From NCBI GenBank assembly GCA_030167145.1, contig CP126532.1:3690001-3722000 (forward strand): a stretch of 32,000 nucleotides of DNA, written 5' to 3'. The position numbers and the translations under genes are program-made. The stretch comes from Ktedonobacterales bacterium (GTDB lineage: Bacteria; Chloroflexota; Ktedonobacteria; Ktedonobacterales; JADMIN01). The first letter of the stretch is position 1. Each line of letters starts with the position of its first letter. This document shows, piece after piece, positions 1 through 8,332 of the stretch. The notes under the pieces were generated by a model. It was given only the letters and a program-made list of their open reading frames with translations. It was not told the origin of the DNA and did not search any database.

Positions 1-930
1 TTGCGAGAATCCCAATACCGCCAGGATCAGCAGAAAGATGCTCTGCGTCAGGAAGAAGCCAACGCCCATCAGCACCAGCCCCAGAATCCAGAACCAGCGC
101 GAGATCGCCCCCACCACGCGCCCGCCGTCGAACGGCGACACCGGAATCAGGTTCAGCAGGTTGATGAAGAAGCTGAAGTACGCCAGAATCAGCCAGATAC
201 GCAGATCCGTCTGCTCGAAGATGAGCCAGCAGGCCAGACCACCCAGCGCGCCCGCCACTGGCCCGGCAATGGCAATCTCCGCCTCGTCGCGCACGTTCCG
301 TGGCATCTTGCGCATCGCCACGTATGCCCCGATCAGCGGGATGAAGACCGGCAGGCTCGCGGGCAACCCCTTCGCGCGGATGACAATGAAATGTCCCATC
401 TCATGCACGAAGAGCAACGCGATGATGCCGACCGCCAGTTGCCAGCCGAACAGCAGCGCATAGGCGCCCAGGCTGACGATCACGCTCAGAAATGGCAGCA
501 GCACTTTTAGCGCCACCGCCGACGCCACCACCCATCCTGCGGCGCGCCCTCTAGCGCTTCCTGTGGTTCCGGCCGGCCTTTGTAGGTTCGTGGATGGGGC
601 AGTTGGCGCGGTCATCGCTGGCGCAGGGGCATAGACGGGCATCCCCCACGCGGGCGGCGGCATATAGCCCGGCGGCGCGATGCCTGCCGCCGACGCGGGC
701 GGGTATTGAGGGTACTGAGGGTACTGAGGGTATTGCTGTGGATAGGGCGTGGCGGCGTAGGGCGGTGTGTAGCCCGGTGGCGGCGCGTAGTATGGCGGCT
801 GGTTCGCAGGCGACGCGGGTGGCGCGGTCGCGGCATGCTCCGGCGGCGGGGCATAGGGGTCGGCTGGCTGACGACGCGATTCGCCCCGCCAGGGTGTGTC
901 CTCGAACGTATGCTCTGGGGGACGTTCCAT
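1..930 (-). CDS. Peptidase M50 (site-2 protease) family membrane protein, C-terminally truncated by the left window edge, with a Pro/Tyr/Gln-rich N-terminal extension
   Basis: Hand translation of the minus strand gives an open frame from ATG (complement of 928-930) to position 1 with no stop. It contains ...ALLFVHEMGHFIVIRAKGLP... (HExxH, nt 391-408) and ...FFINLLNLIPVSPFDGGRV... (the second M50 motif). The N-terminal ~130 aa is low complexity (PPGYTPPYAATPYPQQYPQYPQYPQYPP). The ORF track omits it because the stop lies outside the window. Confidence 0.85.
   Translation of the reverse strand, partial: MERPPEHTFEDTPWRGESRRQPADPYAPPPEHAATAPPASPANQPPYYAPPPGYTPPYAATPYPQQYPQYPQYPQYPPASAAGIAPPGYMPPPAWGMPVYAPAPAMTAPTAPSTNLQRPAGTTGSARGRAAGWVVASAVALKVLLPFLSVIVSLGAYALLFGWQLAVGIIALLFVHEMGHFIVIRAKGLPASLPVFIPLIGAYVAMRKMPRNVRDEAEIAIAGPVAGALGGLACWLIFEQTDLRIWLILAYFSFFINLLNLIPVSPFDGGRVVGAISRWFWILGLVLMGVGFFLTQSIFLLILAVLGFSQ
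702..737 (-). repeat. 9-bp in-frame tandem repeat (ggtaYtgag, about 3.5 copies) encoding a PQY repeat in the M50 N-terminal extension
   Basis: Read directly: ggtattgag ggtactgag ggtactgag ggtattgct. The minus-strand translation is QYPQYPQYPQY. Confidence 0.8.
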
Positions 931-1140
931 AACCGGCCCTCTTTCCCGCGTGCGGAGAAGCCTCTTCCCCGTTCAGATTCTAGCACGCCACCGCGTCGCC
1001 CATGCTCCCCACACCTTATCTATACGTTGGCGGGATTGAAATAGGGTGAGAACCTGTCCTCAACCTGCTTCGTGCCAGCCCAGGTGGATGATACGCGCGA
1101 CATGTCCATGTGCCGGAAATATATCCCGTACTCAACGCTG

Positions 1141-1650
1141 TTAGGTGTCGCTGCTGGAGTTCACCAAAGATGCGAGAAATGTGCCGTCGGTTTGCATTTG
1201 CCCCTTTACTTCGGCTTTCCAGCCGTTTTGCAAACCATTAAAGCTCTGCGAGCTGCCCTGGTATTGTGTTACTCCAGGGGTGGTGACGATCGTGAGATGA
1301 ACTCCCTGAAAATAGAGAGTAAACGTGCCCGCGCCGTAATTAATGTTGTTAATGCTTCCGTGTAGATCAACCGTTTGGCCAACAGGCGGGAGAGTTGCCG
1401 TCGGCCTCGGCGTCCTGGTCGCGGTGGGGGCGGATGTGGCTGTAGCTGGCGAGGTCGGCGTGGCGCTCGCGGACGGCGAAGTGGGCGAAGGCAACATGCC
1501 TGTGTTCGGATCCGTATTCGCGGTGTTTGGCGTGCCTGTGCTCGCGCCGGGTCGCATGGCGGTCGTAGCGGCCAGCGCGGCGCTTGTGCCGCCAACCAGC
1601 ACTGCGCCCAAAACGGCGATCCCTACCTTGCTTCTGAGTATGGTCATCAT
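1141..1650 (-). CDS. Secreted or membrane-anchored protein: N-terminal signal/anchor helix, Pro/Thr/Ser-rich linker, C-terminal beta-rich domain (DUF5666-like)
   Basis: I trimmed the ORF to the internal ATG-ATG at 1645-1650, which is preceded by GAGGGAGGGA about 13 nt upstream. The N-terminus MMTILRSKVGIAVLGAVLVGGTSAALA looks like a signal peptide. A PT-rich linker follows (TSPSASATPTSPATATSAPTATRTPRPTA). The C-terminus VDLHGSINNINYGAGTFTLYFQGVHLTIV...WKAEVKGQMQTDGTFLASLV resembles DUF5666. That family assignment is from memory. Confidence 0.6.
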   Translation of the reverse strand: MMTILRSKVGIAVLGAVLVGGTSAALAATTAMRPGASTGTPNTANTDPNTGMLPSPTSPSASATPTSPATATSAPTATRTPRPTATLPPVGQTVDLHGSINNINYGAGTFTLYFQGVHLTIVTTPGVTQYQGSSQSFNGLQNGWKAEVKGQMQTDGTFLASLVNSSSDT

Positions 1651-1838
1651 GCTTGGCACAATAGTCCCTCCCTCGTTGACCGCGTTTCGGCAGGCATGAT
1701 AGCATGCTCTCCAATCTGGGACAAGAAACGCGCCGCACAACAGGACCAATGCGCGCCAGGCGTTTGCCCAGTGGCCTCCACTTTCGCATCAATGTATTGG
1801 ACGTACGCTCGATCTGGCACGAAGAAGAGGAGCGAACG

Positions 1839-3281
1839 ATGCGGGACGATAATCCAACGCGTGGATTACCAATTGCTGCGCCAGCGAATATGCTTCCGGT
1901 TCAGGTGGTGCGGCGCGAGGTGGTTGCGCCGGATGTCGTGACGGTTTCGATTGTGCTGCCGGGAACATCGCAGGCCCCCGCTCCCTACCTGCCAGGACAG
2001 TTCGTCACGCTGGCACTGCCGACACCGCGCGAGACATTGTATCGCTCCTACTCGCTCTGCGGGCGCGGGAATGCCAGCGAGCCGTGGGAACTGACGATCA
2101 AAAAGGTGGAGATGGGCGCGGTCTCCACCTACTTCTACAAGTTGGTGCAAGAAGGCACCATGCTCTATGCCAGTCTGCCGCGTGGAACGTTCACGCTGCC
2201 CGCGAACCTGGGACCGGAGATGTCCGTGGTATTCGTCGCGGCTGGCAGCGGCATTACGCCGATCATGGGGATGCTGCGGGCGCTAGAGACTTATGCGCCC
2301 GACGAACGTCCGCTGGCGCTGTTGCATTATGCGTCCAGAACACCAGAGGATGTCATCTTCGCCGACGAACTCGATGCGATGGATCCTTACGAGAATTGGT
2401 TGCGTCAGGTACATTATCTCTCGTCGGAAGGTAGCCGCATGAGCGCCGAGGCGATTTTCTCGCGCACTGGCATGTTCGCCGCGAAAGCGCACTGGTATAT
2501 CTGCGGGCCAGATCAATTGAAGAGCGATATTCAGGTGCGCCTCAAGGCGCTGCGTGTGCCGCCGGAGCATATCCATAGCGAGGCGTTCGCCACCAGCTCA
2601 GGTCCGGCGTATAAGGTGGACTCGCGCGATACTGGCAGCCTGCGCGGCTCGATCTATGTGCTCGAAACCGGCCAAACGCTCGACGTGCAGCCGCAGGAGA
2701 CCATACTGGTCGCGCTCGAACGGCATGGCTATCGCCCGAACTTCAGTTGCCGCGCGGGCGCGTGTGGCGAGTGTAAGCTCAGAGTCACCGATGGTCAGGT
2801 GGATCCCGTGGGCGAGGCGCTCACCCCACAAGATCGCCGTGATGGATTCGTACTGAGTTGCCTTGCGCATCCGATTGGTGATGTTACCATTGCCTCTGGT
2901 GGCCGCCCGCCCGCTGGGGTCGCGCGGGTGGCTGCGGCAGCGGCCATAGCGGGAGTTGCGAGTGTACGCAGCGCGGGCGCGGTTGGCTTCACACGGCTCG
3001 CCGCGCTGGCAGCGGCGGGAGTGCTGCTGGTGGGTTCCTGGAATCTGACCAATCATAGGCCGCTGAGTTGGAGCCAGGCCGCCGCTGCGCAGGCTGGCCC
3101 CACCTCCACCACAGCCAGCGACACGCCCGCGCCCGCTAATAGCGCTACCCCTGGCCACAAGCCAATGCCCACCGCAACGCGGTCTGGTGGCGGGGGCGGC
3201 GGTACGGCTGCTACCTCAACACCAACGACGAAGCCCAAGCCGACACCCACCGCGACGAGCACCAAGTCACCGGCACATTAA
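1839..3281 (+). CDS. FNR-family FAD/NAD(P)H oxidoreductase fused to a plant-type 2Fe-2S ferredoxin domain, plus a C-terminal TM helix and Pro/Thr/Gly-rich tail
   Basis: Start ATG 1839 follows GAAGAGGAG. The FAD motif RSYSLCG and NAD(P) motif VAAGSGITPIMGML are present. The 2Fe-2S cysteines are in SCRAGACGECKLRV...FVLSC. The last ~129 aa (nt 2892-3281) contain the hydrophobic helix FTRLAALAAAGVLLVGSW followed by TSTTASDTPAPANSATP...GGGGGG...TPTTKPKPTPTATSTK. Confidence 0.9.
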   Translation: MRDDNPTRGLPIAAPANMLPVQVVRREVVAPDVVTVSIVLPGTSQAPAPYLPGQFVTLALPTPRETLYRSYSLCGRGNASEPWELTIKKVEMGAVSTYFYKLVQEGTMLYASLPRGTFTLPANLGPEMSVVFVAAGSGITPIMGMLRALETYAPDERPLALLHYASRTPEDVIFADELDAMDPYENWLRQVHYLSSEGSRMSAEAIFSRTGMFAAKAHWYICGPDQLKSDIQVRLKALRVPPEHIHSEAFATSSGPAYKVDSRDTGSLRGSIYVLETGQTLDVQPQETILVALERHGYRPNFSCRAGACGECKLRVTDGQVDPVGEALTPQDRRDGFVLSCLAHPIGDVTIASGGRPPAGVARVAAAAAIAGVASVRSAGAVGFTRLAALAAAGVLLVGSWNLTNHRPLSWSQAAAAQAGPTSTTASDTPAPANSATPGHKPMPTATRSGGGGGGTAATSTPTTKPKPTPTATSTKSPAH

Positions 3282-3284
3282 GCA

Positions 3285-4382
3285 ATGGAAGTTTCCCACG
3301 AACAAACCATGCTGATCGAGCAGTCGCGCACGATTATGGCGACCGCGACCGATGTCCATATCGCCGCGCCGCCGGAGCGAGAAGCAGAGGCGCACGACGC
3401 GATAGTGGCATGCTTCGCCTGGCTGGCGGAGGTGGAAGCATGCCTGACGCGCTTCAACCCTGAGAGTGAGCTATGCCGGTTGAATGCGCAGTCGGGCGCT
3501 TGGTACGCCGTTTCAGAACTGCTCTTCACGATGGTCGAGCAGAGCCTCATTGCCGCCAGGGCAAGCGAAGGACTGTTCGACCCAGGCTTGCTGCCGCTGC
3601 TGGAAGCGATGGGCTACGACCGCGACTTCGCCGCCATCGCGCACCAGGAGGCGCGCATCGAATGGCGTGTGGAGCGGCATGCTGGGACGACCGGCGGCTG
3701 GCGACGCATCCGGCTCGACCACGCCAACCGGCGGGTGCGCCTGCCGCGCGGCGTGCGCCTGGACTTCGGCGGCATCGCCAAAGGGTGGGCGGCGGATGTG
3801 GCCCTGGACCGTTTCTTCGCCACGTTCGAGAATGTCATCATCAGTATCGGCGGCGACATGCGGGTGCGCGGCGGACGAGGCGATGGCGGCCCCTGGCCCA
3901 TTGGCGTGGGCGATCCACGTCCCATCGCGGAGCAGAATGAAGTCGCCCAGGCCGTCGTGACACTGGGGTGCGGCGGCCTCGCCACCTCCGGCAGCGCTGA
4001 TCGCTGGTGGTACAACGCCGGTGAGCGACAGCACCATCTGATTGATCCGCGCACCAGCCGCCCCGCGCGCATCTGGATTGATGACGCCGACAGCAAGAAT
4101 GACCAGGCCAGCGCCGAACCGCTTATTGCCAGCGTTACCGCGCTCGCGCCGACGGCGGCGCACGCGGAGGTCGCGGCGAAAGTGGCGCTTCTGCGTGGCT
4201 ACCCCCAGGCGCTGCGGGCAGTCGAATCCGCCTGGGAGCCGGGCCGCGAGGATACTCCGCCATACGGCGATGCGGGCGTCGCGCTGCTACTGGTGCTGGG
4301 GACAGGTGAGGCGGTGGCTTCGTCGAATCTGCAAGCGTATCTCGATACTGTAGGAGGCGGCGGCGATATATGGCTATCCTGA
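3285..4382 (+). CDS. apbE: ApbE-family FAD:protein FMN transferase (flavin transferase), with no recognisable signal peptide or lipobox
   Basis: ApbE hallmarks are present: LTRFNPESELCRLN, RLDFGGIAKGWAAD, ISIGGDMRV, GGLATSGSADRWW and HHLIDPRT. It starts 3 nt after the upstream stop. The N-terminus MEVSHEQTMLIEQSRTIMATATDVHI is not hydrophobic. Confidence 0.9.
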   Translation: MEVSHEQTMLIEQSRTIMATATDVHIAAPPEREAEAHDAIVACFAWLAEVEACLTRFNPESELCRLNAQSGAWYAVSELLFTMVEQSLIAARASEGLFDPGLLPLLEAMGYDRDFAAIAHQEARIEWRVERHAGTTGGWRRIRLDHANRRVRLPRGVRLDFGGIAKGWAADVALDRFFATFENVIISIGGDMRVRGGRGDGGPWPIGVGDPRPIAEQNEVAQAVVTLGCGGLATSGSADRWWYNAGERQHHLIDPRTSRPARIWIDDADSKNDQASAEPLIASVTALAPTAAHAEVAAKVALLRGYPQALRAVESAWEPGREDTPPYGDAGVALLLVLGTGEAVASSNLQAYLDTVGGGGDIWLS

Positions 4383-4987
4383 TGGGACATAGTGTGAGTG
4401 CGACGCTGGTAGTCGCGGCGGCTCAGTCCAGCACGACGCTGTGGTATGTCACGCGGGCGACGGCATTGGCCGCTTACGTGACGCTATCGGCCTCGGTGAT
4501 ATTGGGGATGCTACGCACCATTGCGCGCCGCGCCTCCGAACGTGTTTCCTGGCGCGTGGATGAGCTGCATCAATTCATCGCGACGCTGGCGGGCGTGTTC
4601 GTGCTGGGGCATCTGCTGGCCCTGAAGTTCGATTCGTACCTGCCGTTTTCGCTCGCCAATCTGTTATTGCCCATCAATGAGCCGTATCGGCCAACGGCGG
4701 TGGTTGTGGGCGTGTTCGCGCTCTATACGCTGGTGCCGATACTGCTCACCTCCTGGCTGCGCCGTCGCATGCGCTATGGCGTGTGGCGCGCCGTCCACTA
4801 CATCAGTTTCGTCTGCTTCGTGCTCGTGACGATACACGGCTGGCTCGCGGGCAGCGATTCCGGGGAGCCGTGGATGCGCGCGATCTACGCGGGCGCGTCG
4901 GCGATGGTCGTGTTCCTGCTGCTCGCGCGGCTGTTCGTCGGCTCCCCGGCCCCAACTCCCCAATCGCAGTCCCAGTTGCTAGATTGA
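4370..4987 (+). CDS. Ferric-reductase-like transmembrane domain protein (FRD/NOX-type putative di-haem b membrane subunit)
   Basis: There are five to six predicted TM helices. Two His pairs sit in helices: LHQFIATLAGVFVLGH (spacing 14) and VHYISFVCFVLVTIHGW (spacing 13). AGGAGG lies at 4352-4357. The start overlaps the apbE stop by 13 nt, which suggests translational coupling. Confidence 0.8.
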   Translation: MAILMGHSVSATLVVAAAQSSTTLWYVTRATALAAYVTLSASVILGMLRTIARRASERVSWRVDELHQFIATLAGVFVLGHLLALKFDSYLPFSLANLLLPINEPYRPTAVVVGVFALYTLVPILLTSWLRRRMRYGVWRAVHYISFVCFVLVTIHGWLAGSDSGEPWMRAIYAGASAMVVFLLLARLFVGSPAPTPQSQSQLLD

Positions 4988-6199
4988 TTGCTGGCTCATG
5001 ATCTGGCGAATCGCCGCCACCAGCCGGTCAATCTCTTCTTCGGTGTTATAGAATCCGGTCGCCACGCGGTTTGCCACTGGGGAGGGCGTATCGCGGATAA
5101 TGATGTTCTCTGCAAGCAGCTTTTTCACCAGGTCCGCTGGCGGAATGCCCTCTACCGCGAAATGCACCAATCCGGCCATATGGTCGGCGGGCGTAAACAG
5201 CGTCACGCCGTCGAGCGTGGCCAGCGCGTCGTAGCAGTAACGGCCCAGCGTGGCAATGCGGCGATAGACCCACTCCCAGCCAAGCTCCTCGCCGATCCAG
5301 CGCAGACTGGTGGTGAGCGCATGGAGGCCCGCCGGATAGAGCGTGGCGGTTTCGTAGCGGCTGGCGTTGGCCGGTGGCACATAATGGCCCTCGAAGTCGC
5401 TCATCCCATGTTGCACGCCCCAGTAAGCGATGAACGTCTGCTGGATGTCGCCCCAGCGGCGGCGCGGCACGAAGAGCGCGCCGGTGCCATCTGGCCCGCA
5501 GAGCCACTTCTGCCCGGAGCAGGCATAGGCATCCACGCCTAGCGTATAAACATTGGACGGCGTCATCCCGCAGGACTGCGCCGCGTCGCAGATCAACAGC
5601 GCGCCCACGCTATGCGCCAGATCAGCCAGCTCGCGCATCGGCAGCGCCATACCCGTTGCCCACGAGACATGCGAGAGCACCACGGCCTTCGTGCGCGGGC
5701 TGAGCACGCGGTGCAGTTCTTCCACCGGGTCGCGGTCCTTCAGGCCGATCTCGGTCATGCGAATCTTCACGCCATAGCGCTGCCGCAGCAGATAGACTGG
5801 ATACAGCCCACCAGCATGCTCCGTCGTCGCCGTCACCACTTCATCGCCCGGATGCCAGTCGAGGCCCATCAGCGCGATATTCATGCCCTCGGTGGTGTTG
5901 TGCGTCAGGGCGATCTCAGCGGGGTCACAGCCAAGCACACCGGCCATCGCCACGCGCCCACTGGCGAGACAGCCCATCAGGCGTGGGAATGACTCCGGTG
6001 AGATACGCCCATCTTCTAATTCTCGCCGCGCATAGTCGCTCATCGCCTCGTGGCTGCGCCGGGGCAGCGGGCCGTTGGTGCCCGTATTGAAGTAGGCGTA
6101 CTTCTGGGTCGCGGGCATCTCCGCGCGAATCGCCGCAATCTTCCCCCGCTCATCACTGCTCGTCGCGGTCCCCACCTGCGTCTGTGCTTCTGGTTCCAT
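4979..6199 (-). CDS. Class V aminotransferase-fold PLP-dependent enzyme (SufS/NifS/IscS superfamily, but no C-terminal active-site Cys seen)
   Basis: The PLP-lysine context is YACSGQKWLCGPDGTGALF. Other matching motifs are THNTTEGMN and LLICDAAQS. The region where desulfurases carry the catalytic Cys reads IIIRDTPSPVANRVATGFYN, with no Cys. The start is ambiguous: ATG 6199 (chosen) or TTG 6235. Confidence 0.85.
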   Translation of the reverse strand: MEPEAQTQVGTATSSDERGKIAAIRAEMPATQKYAYFNTGTNGPLPRRSHEAMSDYARRELEDGRISPESFPRLMGCLASGRVAMAGVLGCDPAEIALTHNTTEGMNIALMGLDWHPGDEVVTATTEHAGGLYPVYLLRQRYGVKIRMTEIGLKDRDPVEELHRVLSPRTKAVVLSHVSWATGMALPMRELADLAHSVGALLICDAAQSCGMTPSNVYTLGVDAYACSGQKWLCGPDGTGALFVPRRRWGDIQQTFIAYWGVQHGMSDFEGHYVPPANASRYETATLYPAGLHALTTSLRWIGEELGWEWVYRRIATLGRYCYDALATLDGVTLFTPADHMAGLVHFAVEGIPPADLVKKLLAENIIIRDTPSPVANRVATGFYNTEEEIDRLVAAIRQIMSQQSI

Positions 6200-6391
6200 A
6201 GTTATCCCCGCTGAACGCGCTCTACCGCTCGACAACGATACCTCTGGCTTCAGTCTACCATAGCGCGCGCTTGAAATTGGCCTGGGAGCTTTTCGTTACC
6301 TCTCATTGTCATGTAGCGGCGACCCTCAGCGACCCTCGGCATGCATGCAGGGCTGCGCATGCACTCGCCAACGCCTCATGCCTCAGAGTAG

Positions 6392-7444
6392 CTACGATAC
6401 ACGAGGTGTTTGCGCAAGTCCGAGCGCCAGAGGACGTACATGCAGGAGCAGTTCTTGGAGAAACTGATCAGGGCGAGTGAACGCCGCCAGGTGGCCAGAG
6501 TTCTTGATGAGGACGAAGGTTTTTTGCGGGGCCTGGATGTCGTCAACGTAGGCTTTGGCCGCCGCCGCCGGAGTAAAGAGGTCGCTGTCACCTTGAAAGA
6601 CATAGAATGGCATGGCGAACGAATTGCCGTAGCGGCGGAGATCGAACGACATGAGTTCGTGGAACAAGGCGTCGAGCGAGAGTTTCATGCCGCGCACTAT
6701 GTCTCTAACATCACGAAGTGTATGATTGGGCGAACTCATCATCGCTGGAAAGATCACGTCGAGTGCGAAGTTGGGGATGCCCATCGTCGCGCTTGCTTTC
6801 AGCACCCATTGATGATAGTCGTTGAGGTTGTGCGGAGTCCAGGAGGGACGGTTGCGCCAGAGGTCTTCCACGGCCTTGACCCCTTTCGTATTTCCAGTCT
6901 CACGCAGGCGTGCGATTGTCAGTTGGTGCGAGAGGTCCAGAGTGTCTGGGCCGTTCTGGTCAGTCCCGACGAACACCGACAACATATCTGGCCTGCGCTG
7001 GGCCACCATCACTCCGATCAAGCTGCCCACCGAACTCCCCAGCAGGACGATCTGATCCTTGCCAAGGCGGCGGCGCAGATACTCGATGACCTCAATCGCA
7101 TCCTGCGCGAGGCGCTCAAAGCTCAGTCCGCTGACGCTTGCATCCCCGTTCTTGCGCAGCGTCTTGCCAGCCCCGCGTTGATCCCACTGCACTACGGTAT
7201 AATGGCGCTCCCACGGCTGCAGGGTGGGAATGAACACCGAGTAGGTCGAGGCTGGGCCACCGTGCAGCAGCAAGAGCACAGGGTTAGCCCGGTCTTCGCC
7301 GCGAATGCTGATCCACTGTTCGATGCCGCCAATGGGCGTGAAGCCCTGTTCTACGATCCCATTGGGCGAGGACATCACTAACTCTTTGGCTCGCTTGCGT
7401 TGGTTGATGGAATGGAACAGAATACTGAGTAGTGGGCTGCTCAT
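6392..7444 (-). CDS. Alpha/beta-fold hydrolase (proline-iminopeptidase / epoxide-hydrolase-like)
   Basis: The oxyanion region is LLLHGGPAS and the nucleophile elbow is LLGSSVGS (G-x-S-x-G). A C-terminal GHLAAF supplies the catalytic His context. I trimmed the start to ATG 7444, preceded by AGGAGGAAAGAG. Confidence 0.85.
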   Translation of the reverse strand: MSSPLLSILFHSINQRKRAKELVMSSPNGIVEQGFTPIGGIEQWISIRGEDRANPVLLLLHGGPASTYSVFIPTLQPWERHYTVVQWDQRGAGKTLRKNGDASVSGLSFERLAQDAIEVIEYLRRRLGKDQIVLLGSSVGSLIGVMVAQRRPDMLSVFVGTDQNGPDTLDLSHQLTIARLRETGNTKGVKAVEDLWRNRPSWTPHNLNDYHQWVLKASATMGIPNFALDVIFPAMMSSPNHTLRDVRDIVRGMKLSLDALFHELMSFDLRRYGNSFAMPFYVFQGDSDLFTPAAAAKAYVDDIQAPQKTFVLIKNSGHLAAFTRPDQFLQELLLHVRPLALGLAQTPRVS

Positions 7445-7489
7445 GGGTTCCTCTCTTTCCTCCTGGGGTGGTGAGGTATCCAACCTCGT

Positions 7490-7546
7490 ACTGCGTATAG
7501 TTTATTGTGTATACTATACGCTTCACTGCGTATAGTATACACAATA
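7490..7546. promoter_or_regulatory. Operator-like palindrome cluster in the divergent hydrolase/TetR intergenic region
   Basis: A perfect 19-bp inverted repeat, tattgtgtatactatacgc (7503-7521) and gcgtatagtatacacaata (7528-7546), is separated by a 6-bp spacer. A third half-site copy, actgcgtatagt, occurs at 7490-7501 and repeats 7525-7536. It forms a second palindrome: gcgtatag (7493-7500) with ctatacgc (7514-7521). Confidence 0.7.
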
Positions 7547-7582
7547 CTGTCTCTGTGTCAACCCCTTGGAGAGGTGAGCGTT

Positions 7583-8332
7583 ATGAATCAGTCCGATGAC
7601 GTCGAGTTACCTGTGAGTCTTGCGGCGGCGTGGGGGGTCTATGCTCGTCCCACCAAGGGACCAAAACCGGGGCTGAGCCTCGACCGCATCATCGAGGCCA
7701 CGATCAAGGTGGCACTGACGGATGGCCTGGGGGCGGTTTCGATGAATCGCGTCGCCGCCGACCTGGGGACTGCGCCGATGTCACTGTATCGCTATGTTGG
7801 CTCTAAGGACGAACTGCTCGCGCTTTCCATGGATGCAGCGCTCGGCGCGCCAGCTCCTCAGTCCGAGCCAGAGGAGGGATGGCGCGAGGGACTTTCACGC
7901 TTTGCGCGGGCAATCTTTGCCGCCTATCGCCGCCATCCATGGACGCTGCGTGTCCCCATCAGCGGACCGCCAATCACCCCGAATCAAATCGCCTGGCTCG
8001 AGCGCGGACTGAGCAGCTTGCGCGAGACCAAACTCACGGAGGCCGAGAAGATCTCAGTGATCACGCTCATCAGCGGCTTTGCGCGTAATGCGGCGACATT
8101 GGAGGCCACGATCAGCGCGGCCATTCTGGCGGCTGGCTCTACAGTGCAGGCGACAATGGTCAGTTATGGGCGACTGCTCAGGAAGCTCACCGACGCCGAG
8201 AGGTTTCCCGCGCTCCACGCGGCCATTGCGTCAGGGGCAATTGACACGCCGGATGCGCCGGATGACGAGTTTACCTTCGGTCTCGAACGCATTCTCGACG
8301 GTATCGCGGCATTGATGCGTACACGATGCTAG
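7583..8332 (+). CDS. TetR/AcrR-family transcriptional regulator
   Basis: The N-terminal HTH is LDRIIEATIKVALTDGLGAVSMNRVAADLGTAPMSLYRYVGSKDELL. Start ATG 7583 follows GGAGAGGTGAG. It is divergent from the hydrolase gene across the palindromic operator. Confidence 0.9.
   Translation: MNQSDDVELPVSLAAAWGVYARPTKGPKPGLSLDRIIEATIKVALTDGLGAVSMNRVAADLGTAPMSLYRYVGSKDELLALSMDAALGAPAPQSEPEEGWREGLSRFARAIFAAYRRHPWTLRVPISGPPITPNQIAWLERGLSSLRETKLTEAEKISVITLISGFARNAATLEATISAAILAAGSTVQATMVSYGRLLRKLTDAERFPALHAAIASGAIDTPDAPDDEFTFGLERILDGIAALMRTRC

Noticed and set aside
1-1044. Track ORFs 1-510(+), 38-463(+), 594-932(+), 612-986(-) and 706-1044(+)
   Set aside because: They are Arg/His/Gln-rich or otherwise not protein-like. 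All of them overlap the clean minus-strand M50 protease frame (HEMGH, NxxPxxxxDG), either antisense or off-frame. These are typical high-GC shadow ORFs.
1141-4987. A flavinylation target motif ([DN]x[ST]GA[ST]) for the ApbE in neighbouring proteins
   Set aside because: A by-eye scan of the FNR-Fdx protein, the FRD protein and the divergent secreted protein found no such motif. The only TSG-like site (ATSGSA) is ApbE's own conserved motif. No substrate can therefore be named from this window.
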